A DNA stretch of 64,000 bases from Octopus vulgaris (GCA_951406725.2 OX597814.1:85994001-86058000), one strand, 5' to 3'; counted from the stretch's first letter, positions 26,637 through 41,444 are shown. The notes: generated from the sequence alone by a model not told the origin. A program made the numbers and translations.

Positions 26637-26923
26637 TATACGTACACAAACGCGCCCGCACGCACATTGACACACATACACCCAAACTCACATACACTCA
26701 CACACATATATCTTCTCATTACTGACAGCGGTGCGTATTGTTATAAGTATCTATTTTGTAAATCCGTCTTTCTATGTATTTGCTTCCTGTATGTAAACGC
26801 CCAACAATAAATGCGCACATATACATGCACAAAAATAAGCCTACATGTGTGTGTGTGTGCGCGCACGTGTGTGTAAGTGCATGCACATACGTATGTGTAT
26901 GTATATATACACACATACATGTA

Positions 26924-26954
<31 letters not shown>

Positions 26955-26957
26955 GTT

Positions 26958-27001
<44 letters not shown>

Positions 27002-27042
27002 AACATGCACATATACATATATATATGTGTAATATATATATA

Positions 27043-27105
<63 letters not shown>

Positions 27106-27306
27106 ATGTATGTATGTATGTATGTATGTATGTATGTATGTATATATGTATATATTACCCTAGCCGCATACATTTTCATAGGGCCATTTAATACAATGCA
27201 AAAAATGATGAAAATACACGAACGACATATATAACCGTATAATTTTCAGTGACTAAGGGATGAAATAGATACAAGCATACACATGCGCGCGCGCACGTAT
27301 ATACAT

Positions 27307-27365
<59 letters not shown>

Positions 27366-27969
27366 ACATATGCATATATATACAACGTGCAATATGATCT
27401 ATAATATGCAAAAATATTTTAGATAGGCAGTGCATTTATATATATGAATATATATATATATATACGTATGTGCGCATACATATAAACATATACACTTATA
27501 TATTTATAGATAAACCTATAGTCACAAATATGTATCTGTATACACACACATACATACATGTATAATAAATACACACACACACACAGACACATATATATAT
27601 ATGCACAAATATATTTGTATAGAGTACATCCGACACATACGATATAAATTCTATATGATAATATAATGTTATACATGAAATATAAAAAAGAATTATCTGT
27701 AAAACAAAATGTAAAAAAATATGGCATACAATGTAATATATATTTAGGAAGAGCCAGAGAGAGGGAGATATGAATAATATAAAAAAATGAAAAATGAAAA
27801 TATATTGGTAAGATGTAAACTGTATTATCATGATATTAGACATGTTACTCAACAGTTTTTTTATGGCATAATTTCGTTAAATGTTGACTTCAGTTTTATT
27901 TATTCTATTTGCAAGACATTTTCTCGTTGGAGATCTATGTATATAAAGCCAGGTATTATGCCTGTATGT

Positions 27970-28810
27970 ATTTGGGGTTAAGCCAGCCGATACCGATGTT
28001 CACGTTGACATTTTGATACTAGCTTAGACCGTTTATGAAATAGCATATAGTCGTTAGTAAAGATGCCGGTTTCCTTCGCTATATAGGGTCTACAGCAATT
28101 CGCTACGTTGGGCTAAATCTAAGGGTCATTTTCACTGACTGGCCATTCTAATCTTTTCAATGATGAAATGTTTTTGTACTCTAGATGACGAAAGGGGAGC
28201 AATATCTGATCTATATACATGGTTTTACGACTGATATAATTTCCTTCTATTTCATCAGATGAAGAGATCTCGGTTGCATACACGAAAGCTTTTCTCAAAC
28301 TATTTTTGTACTGAACAAGAAATATTAATATTATTATTACCCATAGACGGTGATCTAGATTGTTTCTGTTTGTATTTGTGCTTGTAGGATTTCTTCAGTT
28401 AATCTTTGATATTGAAGTGATGAGATTTTCAATGTAGCTGTGGTAAGCCTTAATATATTTTTGTTCCACAATTTGTGGTATCTCTGTAAATTATCAATGA
28501 CATAAGCTAAATGGGGATCATTTATATTCTCCTACTTATATTTGTGTACGAGTCATTGGTACTTTGCACGTATGATATTTTATCTCCAGACTCGCCCTCT
28601 GTTAAATATCAGTGTAATAATGAGATGCTGCCGAAGAACTCTTCCCCAAACGGAGTATTAGAAATCCGTCTACTAATGCTGTTGACAAGGATTGTTTAAT
28701 AGTTATTAGAGGGTGATTAGATACTCGGTTTATCTCGTTCATATATTTAGGATCTTTTCGTTTAGTTTTCATTTGGGAAAGTTTTTGTGTATTTAGGTCT
28801 AATGTGATAT
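27970..28810 (-). pseudogene. Decayed Naiad-type PLE (RT thumb, linker, C-terminus)
   Basis: Minus-strand peptides NITLDLN..PKYMNEINRVSNHP..NSISRRISN..EEFF; QRYHKLWNKNILRL; FHKRSKLVSKCQ (cf. LNKRSELVSKCRH). Confidence 0.7.
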
Positions 28811-28811
28811 T

Positions 28812-28976
28812 CTTTTATTCTTTTATTTGTTTCAGTCATTTAACTGTGACCATACTGGAGCATCGCCTTAAAGGGTTTTAGTCGAAGAAATCGACCCCAG
28901 TTCTTATTCTTTCCAAGCCTAGTACTTATTCTATCGTTCTCTTTTGCCGAACCGCCAATTTATGGGAGGAGGACAC

Positions 28977-29069
<93 letters not shown>

Positions 29070-29170
29070 ATATATATATATACAACAGGCTTCCTTCAGT
29101 TTCCTCTACCAAATCCAAGGTGCCATGCAGTGGGACTGAACCCGGAACTATGTGGTTGGGAAGCAACCAC
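28812..29170 (-). mobile_element. SINE family A with internal deletions and (TA)n expansion
   Basis: tttgtttcagtcatttaactg...aagcctagtacttattctatcg...cagtgggactgaacccggaactatgtggttgggaagc. Confidence 0.85.
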
Positions 29171-30554
29171 ATGCGATGATAATATTAGTGATAATGCCTG
29201 TTGTGACGTGGAATAATAATGTCCGCTATGACGGATTGATGTGACATCATCTAATGTTATAACTGTGGCCATGATCAGATGTACTGGCTATTTGACAATG
29301 ATTCTTGTGACATAATTGTTTTTAATTTAGTCACAAAGCAAGATATTTTGAAAGGAAGGATTTAGTTGGTTATATAGACCTAGGACCTGAATGAGATTTC
29401 ATTTAATCGATCCCGAAATGAAGTCTCATTTATCGATCCTTTTATGATAATATAAATGGAGATCATTTATATAAGTTGACCGCAATGATGATTTGAAGTC
29501 AACAGTAAAGAATCAGAAGTAACACCGCAAAGACACTTTGTTCGACGCCTTAACGATTTTATCACTCAAAACAAAGGAATAAGTTTTTCTATCCACTGTA
29601 ACAGCCAATATTGGTCTAGCATCCAATACGGCTATCTGTAATGTCGTCTCGTTAGGATAATACATTATACATAATATCTATGTAAAATAACAGTCTATGG
29701 TATCCACCTAATTTCATATCTAGTGTCTTGATCTGTCCATTGTAACAGCTTGTGACAGTAGACGACAAGCACAACAACCTCCATCCAGAACACTGACCAA
29801 TGAAAATGTCATACCAAAACGACAGTGAAGGATATGTACATCTATTGTCTGACGGCTGTCAATCAATTCTCCATCCAGTATGACAGTCAGTGACGGTCAA
29901 TAAAATATCTATTTACTGTGACGCTTATCTACTTATTATGACAATAATATCTTCCTCACTACGACAGTTAACGAAATGTCCAGCCACTGTGAAAACAAAT
30001 ATGCCCACAAAGGCAGACAATGACATTGTCCAACCACAGTGATAACGAATAACACTCTTCGTTTTTTTTTTTAACTCTATCCAGTCTGTCACCCTATTCA
30101 TACTATGGTGTAACAGTGCCTATTAGATCCTGTACGCGTACTGACCCCAGAGACGCCACAGCACAATGCAAACCATTTTCTTATGCCAACCAAATAACGA
30201 CGGAGAGAAATTAGGAGATAAACATCACAGGGCCACTCTTGCTCAAAAATCCAGACTTCGCATTGAGGAAATAGCTGCATGCAGTTCAACAACGCCTTCT
30301 AAAGTTTTATTAAACGAGCCTCGTTTTCCTATGAAAAATGACCGCTGTTAGCATGTGCCACACCATCAGCGCCTTCAAAAGTGGAAAAGTTCGAATACAT
30401 ACACAATTTACCATTATACACACAATCACACATTCACACACACACACACGCACACACACATTTTTATATCTATGTATATATATATATGACATCATCAAGA
30501 TTTCAGGGGCGCTCTATAGACACCATGATGCCTGTTGGAAATTGTTTCTTACTA

Positions 30555-30742
30555 TAGGCACAAGGTTTGAAATTTGGGGGTGGGGGCCATTCAATTACAT
30601 CGATCCTGGTGCTCAAATTGTATTTACTTTTTCGACTCGAAAAGGATGAAAGGTAAAGTCATCCTTGGCGAAATTTGAACTCAGAAAGCAATGTCGGATG
30701 AAATGTCGCTAAACATTTTGTCCGGCGTGCTAATGATTCTAC
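30555..30742 (-). mobile_element. SINE family B
   Basis: ggcacaagg...aaaggatgaaaggtaaagtc...atttgaactcagaa...tccggcgtgctaatgattct. Confidence 0.8.
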
Positions 30743-30871
30743 TATCACACAGATGAACCAATTGGAAATAACTGGTTCAGTTATTTACATTTTGATCCGC
30801 GATGGCGCTGATCAAAAGAAGCTTCCCTAGTTCTAGTCACTATCTTTATTTACAATTTTATTTGCGTTGTA

Positions 30872-31268
30872 GGTGTAGGAGTGACTGTGTGGTAAGTAGC
30901 TTGCTTACCAACAACATGGTTCCGGGTTCAGTCCCACTGCGTGACACCTTGGGCAAGTGCCTTCTACTATAGCCTCGGGTAAACCTTGTGAGTGGATTGG
31001 CACACGGAAACTGAAAGAAGCCCGTCGTATATATGTATATGTATATATGTGTATGTGTGTATATGTTTGTGTGTCTGTGTTTGTCACCTAACATTGCTTG
31101 ACAACCGATGCTGGTGTGTTTACGTCCCCGTAACTTAGCTGTTCGGCAAAAGAGACCGATAGAATAAGTGCTAGGCTTACAAAGAATAAGTCCTGGGGTC
31201 GATTTGCTCGGCTAAAGGCGGTGCCCCAGCATGACCACAGTCAAATGACTGAAACAAGTAAAAGAATG
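30872..31268 (+). mobile_element. SINE family A, full length, low divergence
   Basis: ggtgtaggagtgactgtgtggtaagtagcttgc...ggttcagtcccactgcgtgacaccttgggcaagtg...caaatgactgaaacaagtaaaaga. Confidence 0.93.
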
Positions 31269-31682
31269 AAAAAGAAAAGTAAGAATAAATTATTTAGGGA
31301 TTTTGATGGAACAAATCAGTTTAACAACTTCGGTTTCCTTCTCCAACTCTCTCTCTCTTTTTCTCTCTTTACCTCACTGCGTGTGTGTGTCTGTGTGTGT
31401 GTGTGTCTGTGTGTGTGTGTGTGTGCAGCAGTGAGCCATTAATTCAGATATATAAAGAAGATGCTGATCATAAATGGATATAGTAAAATAAAATATAAAA
31501 ATGGGGATAGGGGTTCAATGTAAAAGTTGAATTTATATCAGGGTTGCAGCTCACGGCAGGCTTATCTCTATGGCATCTGTTACAACAGGGGTACTGAAGT
31601 ACCGGGTCCGTGGATTATTAGATACCGGGCGGCACTTAAAGAATAAATTTTTAAGATGTTGAGTTGTATTATATGTATTGGT

Positions 31683-31892
31683 TTAAAATTTTGCCACGAG
31701 TCCAACAATTTCGAGAGAGGGGTAAGTCGATTACGTCGAATCCAGTGTTCAACAAGTACTTATTTTATCGATATCCCCCGAAGGGAGAGTAGACAAAGTC
31801 AAACGCCCCGGGATTTGAACTCAGAACGTAAAGACGGACGAAATTCCACTAGGCAATTGGCCCGGCGTGCTACCGAATCTACCAGCTCGCCG
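31683..31892 (-). mobile_element. SINE family B
   Basis: aaattttgccacgag...gatttgaactcagaacgtaaagacggacgaaat...accagctcgccg. Confidence 0.82.
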
Positions 31893-32425
31893 ACTTCGTT
31901 GTATAAGATATATTACAATACAATAATAGTAATAATATACAAAGTAATAACTACACTCACTTTATGTATGTACTAATCAGATTATATATTATGCACTTCA
32001 TAGTATTTTGTTAAACACGTGACACTCTGGGCAATGAAAATTTGTTCTGCATGAAACTGATCTATGGTAGATAAAAGGTTGGACATCGCTGTGTCACGCA
32101 ATATAAAAGCAATGATTCCTACATATGATGTAATTAAGTTTACAATTTTATAGACGGCAGGGATGCGATTGCATACTGTTTATATAAAAGTGTAGTGAAA
32201 TTAACTCCATCAGGAAATCGATACCGAATCGCAGAATTAGTACTCTGGAATTCCACCTCTCTGCTGCATTACAGCCATTGCTCAAGAATGAGGGAAAAAT
32301 TAGTTCTAACCAATGTTAGTCGTCGCTCTCACTTGGTCGTATCTGTTAAATGTCAGGCTAACGATAAGAGGTATGAGAATTTGTATCCTGTTCAACTGCG
32401 CTAGCATTATTCCACGGACAAGCTA

Positions 32426-32810
32426 CCGTATATGCTGGTGTATAAGCCGACTGGGTATATAAGACGACCCAGGAAATTCCTCTTAAAATATAGGCTTTGA
32501 GTTACACTCCCTGTTTATGACTACCTGGCAATATTTCACCCTGGATGCAGTGGCTGGATGTCTGTTAGGCGAAGTCCAGGATAATAATATATTTTTATTT
32601 AAATATAATCTTACCATTAATCCAGTTTCCCAAACACATCTGTTAAGTTTCATTAGATAACATTTAGTGGTAAGACAGTAGCTGCTGAGAGAGTGTTTTA
32701 CGCCACTAGTGACACACTACACCACATGTTAAAGTTGTGCTGTTTAAGACGATCCTTAGTTTGAGTGCCTTTTATATGATTTAAATTCCGCCTTGTACAC
32801 TACACAAACA
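32426..32810. mobile_element. Tc2/pogo-like MITE remnant
   Basis: Left end TA|CCGTATATGCTGGTGTATAAGCCG, with internal taagacgac repeats. Right TIR badly decayed. Confidence 0.5.
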
Positions 32811-33085
32811 TATCCAATATATTTAACTGTTCACAAAGCTGGAAATAGTTACACGAACATAGGTTAATTAAGAACAGTAGCACAGTATTACAAAAAGTCT
32901 TTGATTGTTTAGTTCAAGTTTTCCTGGTATTGTTTTCAACTAATTATATCGCCACGACGAGAAACTGTTTATCAACGAACATGTGTGTATGTGTGTATGT
33001 GTAAGAATAAGTCCTTGGGTCGATTTGTTTGACTAAAGGCGGTACTCTAGTATGGCTGCAAATAAAACAAATAAAAAAAGAAAAG

Positions 33086-33126
<41 letters not shown>

Positions 33127-33128
33127 TT

Positions 33129-33214
33129 GTCTGATCACCGGAGTTAAGCAACGCTAAGCCTAGTAAGTACATAAATGGGTGACCCATATGGGGAAAAATC
33201 GGTGCTACAAGCCT
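33129..33214 (+). pseudogene. 5S rRNA pseudogene fragment (5'-truncated)
   Basis: gtctgatcaccggagttaagcaacg..agcctagtaagtac..atgggtgacc..gggaa..ggtgct aligns by eye to about positions 37-120 of invertebrate 5S rRNA, including A-box AGTTAAGC and C-box ATGGGTGACC. Confidence 0.8.
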
Positions 33215-33830
33215 CTTATACACACACAGGCACACACACATATGTGTATGTATGTATATATGTATATATTATATATATGTATATATTACGTATGTAGGCT
33301 TTAATAGTCATTATAGAGCTATGTTAGCAATATAGCCACTACTGTGTAGTGACCATATTGCAGTCACGTGAGGTGTCCAAGAAAACTGTTTGAGGTTGAG
33401 AATGTATCAGAGTGTAGCCACCAAGTGGGAAAGCTAGTTATGATCTACCTACACAATGGCGGTCTTTCACGAGGTGACCTCTACTTCTGCCCGCGGTACA
33501 CATGCACCTCTCCTGTTTACATTTACTCGAGACAATTTATATTTTCAAAATGTTTGTTAATTAAAAGAAAAATGCCATTTCATATCATAAATATACAGCC
33601 GTCTCGAAAGCAAAGGAAATTCATCTACGTTTTATAATTTGATCATAAAACATAGACATGTTTATTAAACATAAATGTTTGATTAAAGAAAACTACTAAA
33701 CATATCTTTCTTTTTATTAAAATTTATATTTCTATTAGTATTTCTTTGCTTGTGAAGTAATGTATAATACAATTTAACATTAAACTGAAGGATCAACCAG
33801 TACTTTTTATTAGACTGCATAATTATATAC

Positions 33831-33863
<33 letters not shown>

Positions 33864-33945
33864 CGTGTGTGTGTGTCTATATATATATATATATACATAA
33901 TGATTATTATTGTTATTGTTGTTGTTATTATTATTATTATTATTA

Positions 33946-33980
<35 letters not shown>

Positions 33981-34157
33981 GCGATGCAAGCAGTATTGAT
34001 AGCAAAAGGTGATCTATATACACAACTTAACATAGATATTCTGTTAGAACTCCGAATACAGCCTTGACAGATCCTTTTATATGGACTCTTAGTGCACAAA
34101 ACCACACACATAGATCGTAACAGACGAACTTCGGCTGTCATGGGCGCCGAAACTCCT

Positions 34158-34276
<119 letters not shown>

Positions 34277-34291
34277 TACATATGCATATAT

Positions 34292-34852
34292 TGAGTCAAA
34301 AAGTAATGCCATTTTGTTTAGGACAGGTATAATTACCAACACATGAACATGTATCATACATCAAAATGAAGTTGGTCCTCTGTGGATCACATCCCTACTT
34401 CTCAATATTGTCACCGTTTCTCTCAATAGCGATGTTCCACCTTCGAATGAGACCATGCATCCCTGCAACGTAAAATTCTGTTGACGATTCTTTGAGCCAC
34501 TTCTTCGCTACAGTTTTCACTTCCTCGTCACTGGAATAATTTAGCATCTTCAGACTCATCTCTTCGGCCCCATTAAAGAAGATTTAAGAATCAAAGATTA
34601 TTCCAGTAACGAGGATGTGAAAACCCGCAGTGAAGCAGTGGCTCAAAGAACCGCCAACAGAATTTTACGTTGCAGGGATACATGCTCTCATTCGAAGGTG
34701 GAACATTGCTATTGAGAGAAACGGTGACTATGGTGAGTAGTAGGGATGTGATCCACAGAAGATCAGCTTCATTTTGATGTATGATACATGTTCATGTGTT
34801 GGTAATTATACCTGTCCTAAACAAAATGGCATTACTTTTTGACTCACCCTCG
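34292..34852. mobile_element. Palindromic mariner-derived MITE made of two inverted 3' ends
   Basis: Arms 34292-34540 and 34597-34852 are inverted copies. The right arm encodes the transposase C-terminus HLFGPIKEDL..SSNEDVK..WLKEPPTEFYVAGIHALIRRWNIAIERNGDY. TIR ...ttactttttgactcaccctcg|TA. Confidence 0.92.
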
Positions 34853-34961
34853 TATATATAAAGTCCTGGGATCGATTTGTTCGACGAAAGGCAGTACTCC
34901 AGCACGGCCGCTGTCAAATGACTGAAACATATAAAAGAAAGACAGTATATATATATATATC

Positions 34962-35040
<79 letters not shown>

Positions 35041-35102
35041 TAATAATAATATTAGGGAATATTATTCCAAACTTAATTTATATGTGTGTGTGTATTCAGA
35101 TA

Positions 35103-35349
35103 TCTTTTTATTCTTCTTTTACTTGTTGCAGTCATTTGACTGTAGCCATGCTGAAGCACCACCTTTAAGGTTTTAGTCAAAGAAATCGACCCCAGTACTT
35201 AATCTTTTGTAAGCCTAATATTTATTTTATCGGCTTCTTTTGCCGAACCGCTAAGTTAGGGGGACGCATACACACTAACACCAGTTGTAAAGCGGTGGTG
35301 GAAGACGAATACAGACACACATACACAAACGTGTGTATATGTATGTATG

Positions 35350-35417
<68 letters not shown>

Positions 35418-35505
35418 CAACGAGCTTCTTTTCAGTTTCCGTCTGCCAAATCCACTAACAAAGACTTTTGTCTAGTCGAGGCAATAGTAGAAGACATTTG
35501 CCCAA

Positions 35506-35506
<1 letters not shown>
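35103..35506 (-). mobile_element. SINE family A
   Basis: ttgcagtcatttgactgtagccatgctg...gccgaaccgctaagtt...ttcagtttccgtctgccaaatccact...tagtagaagacatttgccc. Confidence 0.85.
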
Positions 35507-35536
<30 letters not shown>

Positions 35537-35772
35537 TGGTGATCGTCCGCACGCCGAACAAAATGGTTAGCGATATTTCCTTTGATTTTACATTCAGAGT
35601 TTAAATTAGGCCGAGGTTGAATTCATCCTTTCAGGGTCAAAATAAAATAAGTTCTAGTTGCGCATTAGGATCGACGCAATCGACTTACGCCCAGCCCACC
35701 AAAAATTGTGCCTTTTGTAGAAAAGATTATTATTATCATCAACATCATCATCATCATCATCATCATCATCAT

Positions 35773-35807
<35 letters not shown>

Positions 35808-36114
35808 ACATCATCAACATCTCGGTATTTCTTCCGGCTCTCTCTGATCCGAGATCAAATCACACAGCGGTCAACTTTGCATTTAGCCCTCGCAGGGGTC
35901 GATAAACAGTTACTGGTCCGAGGAGGTAATACTAATGCTTCAATAGGTCAACATAATAATTATGAAGCACGAAATGGGGATTGAATCTTGGAAAGTTAGG
36001 TTAAAAACTATGTATATACATGTATATATATATGTGTTTGTCTATGTGTCTGTATGTATACGTGTATATATATATATATATATATATATAAAGATATATA
36101 TATATACATATATA

Positions 36115-36165
<51 letters not shown>

Positions 36166-36217
36166 GACATATATATAACATTATATATATATGCAGATAT
36201 ATATATGCATATATATG

Positions 36218-36248
<31 letters not shown>

Positions 36249-36384
36249 ATATAAATATATATATATATATGCATACATAGGTATGTATGTGTGTGTGTAA
36301 GTGTATACACACACACACACACACATATACATGTATTTATATATATATACGTATATATAGATAGATAGACAGATAGATAGATAC

Positions 36385-36480
<96 letters not shown>

Positions 36481-36602
36481 TTAGATAGATAGATAGATAT
36501 AGGTATAGATATATATGCACATACATATACACACGTACATATATATGTATATAAATTATGTACACACGCATACATATACATATGCATATACATATTCATA
36601 TT

Positions 36603-36640
<38 letters not shown>

Positions 36641-36645
<5 letters not shown>

Positions 36646-36827
36646 GAAATGAGGTACTCAGAAAATCGGATGGTTTATATTTACAGATATTTATTTGTAT
36701 ATTACATTTTTTATACATCATATAACTTAGATCATGTATTAGCGCATTCTCCCATTTTAGTGGGGTTTTCAAATAAAACTACCTCATTTCTTCTAATATA
36801 AAATAGCTGTACATCATCTCCAAACCT

Positions 36828-36832
<5 letters not shown>
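36641..36832 (-). mobile_element. PLE-like terminal fragment in (TA)n with a U3:A8-type hammerhead motif (36737-36775)
   Basis: Paralogue of 21863-22015. Minus strand: tat TTGAAAA CCCC actaaaat GGGA GAAT GCGC TA ata. Confidence 0.6.
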
Positions 36833-36924
<92 letters not shown>

Positions 36925-37388
36925 TATACACGTATGTACACATATATCTATGCATATATTTACGTATGTTTGTATATTTCTAGTTTATAGAACTGGTAGT
37001 TATTTAGATATTGTTTTATTTACAGGTTTCTAATGGGTCCGTCACTAATACGCTGTGTTTCGGAATATTTATGTCAATTACACGGTGCAAAACAAACATA
37101 CGAAGGGATACATTCAGTCATATTTATATGAGGGTGCTCCAGACAGGCTTCCGTTCAGTGTTGATCTCCAAATATTCAGCACACGACATTTTGGTCAATT
37201 CAGCCACTCTGACAGATGATACCTGTCCAAGATACCGCGCCCTGGGAATAATGTCACAATGTCACTATGATCAAATGAAAGGCCTTAATGATAAGTTACA
37301 AAAATAGTTAATTGATATTACAAATGTTCTGCGTGTGTGTGTGTATGCGTGTGTGTGCGAGTGTACGCTTATCTGTGTGTTTCTATGG

Positions 37389-37430
<42 letters not shown>

Positions 37431-37482
37431 ATACATATATATATATGTATATATATGTATACATATCTATATATATATATAC

Positions 37483-37544
<62 letters not shown>

Positions 37545-37645
37545 GCATATATATACACATATATATGTATTTGTGCATGTATGCTTATATATATATATAC
37601 ATATATATATAGAATAAAACTTATGTATATATATATATATATATG

Positions 37646-37687
<42 letters not shown>

Positions 37688-38261
37688 TATTTATATATAT
37701 ATTTATATATTTATTTATATATGTGTGTGTGTGTGTGTGTGTGTATGTACTACATTTATGGAAGCAGTCAATAGATTTGGGTAGCGCACAGGGCGACCCA
37801 AATCCACGAACGGCAGTGAAAGATAGGATGCTTTGTCACACAGAGAATGCGCAAATATTTATGTATACATATATATACGTGTGTATGTATATATATGTGT
37901 ACGTAGAAAAATCTACGAGGTATGCATGTTTGTCTGTGTGAGTACAAATATACATATACATACTCACACAGAAAAGCATATGTTATATAGCTTTCAATAC
38001 ATAGTTTTGAGTAATAGTTTGAAAGTCAGTCTCAAAAATTATCTTAGCATGCGCTCAGTATCATACGTAATAGTTAAAACCTGGAGCCTATTTTAATTTT
38101 AGCAAAAAGTAAAACTTGCATCAATCCAACAGCTGACTACAGCACTTGAAAATGAACCAAATAATAAGGAGAAGAGGAAGAAAAAGAAGAAGAAGGAGAA
38201 GACGAAAAAGAAGAAGAAGAAGAAGAAGAAGAAGAAGAAGAAATTAAGTGTGTATCTATCA

Positions 38262-38310
<49 letters not shown>

Positions 38311-38372
38311 TAAATAAATATATATATATATGTGTGTGTGTATATGTATATATATGCGTATATGTATATATT

Positions 38373-38409
<37 letters not shown>

Positions 38410-38419
38410 GTATATATGC

Positions 38420-38450
<31 letters not shown>

Positions 38451-38899
38451 CATATATATATATATATATATTTTACTTATTATGTTATATAAAATTTTAT
38501 TATATTGTAATATAATTTATATCACATTAAAATAACATTAGTAGTTTTGGTTGTACTGAATAAAGATTTGCGATATAGAAACCATGTCGATTTTGCCGAT
38601 TCCAATATAGATATAGGTATGCAAAGATGCACAGCGTACTTACACACGCTCACAAAGACATACATGCACTATCATACACGAATATATACGCACGTATTTA
38701 CCCACAAATGTATATATATGTATATATATATATGTGTGTGTAGATATACATATATATACATATTTATATTTATATATAAATATACATATATACACATACA
38801 TTATATATATATATATGTACGTTATGTATATATATATATACATATATGTATGTATGTACATATATATCTGTATATGTAACGTATATATTTATATAAATA

Positions 38900-39139
38900 A
38901 TAATAAATGTGCCCTTTTAAATCCTAGCTGGGCTCATGGCCCCGGTTTCCCGGTTTCTATGGCGTATGTGTTCCCCAGCTGGACGGGACGCCAGTCCATC
39001 GCATCGTTACTTATTTTAGCCACCTGAGTGGACAGGAGCAACGTGAAATGAAGTGTTTTTGCTCAAGAACACAATGCGTCGCCCGGTCCAGGAGTCAAAA
39101 CCACAATCATGATGCTGACACCCTAACCACTAAGCCACG

Positions 39140-39140
<1 letters not shown>
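38900..39140 (-). mobile_element. tRNA-derived SINE with V-domain-like core
   Basis: Minus strand: head cgtggcttagtggttagggtg...; tgtgttcttgagcaaaaacact; gcgatggactggcgtcccgtccag (V-SINE core motif); short (TTA)n tail. Confidence 0.7.
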
Positions 39141-39199
<59 letters not shown>

Positions 39200-39737
39200 T
39201 GTATGTATGTATGTATGTATGTATGTATGCCTGTATGCACATATAAGCACACTCGCACACTGTCAAAATATAAATGTATGTATGTTGTGTAAAAATCTAT
39301 TGAGATATTTTTACGCATAAATTTATTTGTCCATGTATTTTGCCTAAACATTTTCTGCATAGATACATTATATATATAAATAATTATACGTATGAACAGG
39401 ACGCGCACACACAAGAACATAAACATTACACATGTGTGCGCGTGCGCGTAAATGTGTATGTATGTATATGTATGTATATAAACTGAGATGTATGTACGTA
39501 TATATGTATGTATATAAACTGAGATAAATATGTCTGTTAGTGTGTGTGCATAGTGGCGCATATCTATTTCTATCTATCTGTCTGTCTACAAATACAAATA
39601 TACATCTCTATATATGTATGTATATATTCATGTACATATGTATGCATACATATGTGTATATTTCAATATACATATACTTACAGAAACATAAACACAATTG
39701 CATTAATATATATAATGTGCATGCACACATGCATAGA

Positions 39738-39793
<56 letters not shown>

Positions 39794-40079
39794 CGCACAC
39801 ACACATATATGCATAAATGCTCACATGCATACAGATTTACTGATAACGATAACAATGCGACCGACATGGCCTTAAGCTGGTTATTTGGTTACTACAGACC
39901 GAGAAAAAATGGTTTACTCGGAATATTTCCTTTTATAGTTTATTGCTCGTCTGACGCAATATTTGCGTAGATGCACATATGCTCGTACAATCAATTTCTA
40001 CGTGTATGTGTATATATATGTGTGTGTGTGTGTGTATGTGTGCGTGCGTATGTGTCACTCCTCTCTCTATATACATATA

Positions 40080-40211
<132 letters not shown>

Positions 40212-40344
40212 TATACAATATGAAATGCATGTACAGAAGATAGACAACAAATTGGGATTTATATAGAGTATGTAATCATTTATAAAATATGTTGATAAAT
40301 GTAAACAAAAACTTATCTAGCAAAGAAATATAATCCGTAACAGA

Positions 40345-40423
40345 TCTTTACAGCTGTTTCAAAAATTTCTGCGGTTTGATGTACAGTTACACACATCAAC
40401 AAAGTAGAAACTGTCATCAACAA
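40345..40423 (-). ncRNA. Degenerate hammerhead motif with long stem II
   Basis: Minus strand: TTGATGA c agtttct..ttgatgt/acatcaa..agaaatt.. GAAAC AGCT GTA. Stem I poor. Confidence 0.45.
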
Positions 40424-40749
40424 TTAAGCATGAAAAGTTAATACGTACATGGTGGAATCGTAAAGTACCGAATTTCTAGTCAGAGAGATGAATGGTAACA
40501 TGCGTCTATGTCGATATATGTTTTGATGCTACATTTTGTGTCTCCTTTTATATATGCTTTTACTTATATTTTCATGTAACATATAAATACCTGTCTATCT
40601 TTTTGTCTTTTTATTACTTGCTTCGAGCTCTATATCATTTATCACTAACAATTGTTCCTATAGACTATTTTAATCCCAATATGTATGTTGGATTATAGGA
40701 AGCTGGACTAGTCCCAACGATTAACCAGTGTTTGTCTATTCTACGATTT

Positions 40750-40881
<132 letters not shown>

Positions 40882-41364
40882 TTGATGTGTGTGTGTGTAT
40901 GTATTTACGTTTGTATGCATGCATGTATGTATATGTACATAAAACGTATAAACCTTGTCATGGTATGGACGTATAATCATTTTTGTTTTATTTCTAATAA
41001 AATTGTGCAGTAGAGTCCTTTTTAAAACAAGGGCGCGTGCATATGCACATATATTTAAATGTCGGTGCTGGTTTATTTATATCCACCCAATCTAGTGATT
41101 CGCAAAAAAGAGTACGATAGAAAAAAGTACCAGGTCTTCGACATAAATACTGGGATCGATTTGTTCGCACAGTCCAATGACTAAAAGAAGTTAAAGGTAA
41201 AAGAAAAAAAAGCAACACTCACAAATATATATTTATATTCCTATATACATGTTTAGATATATGCTTTTACCATTATACACACATGCAGATTACATACATT
41301 TTTATAATTATCAATCTATCTATCTGTCTAGATACATGTGTGTGTGCAAATATATATATATATA

Positions 41365-41444
<80 letters not shown>

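Noticed and set aside
29200-30055. Faint tgtcca..cactgtgac periodicity
   Set aside because: Too degenerate to define a unit by eye; likely an old minisatellite.
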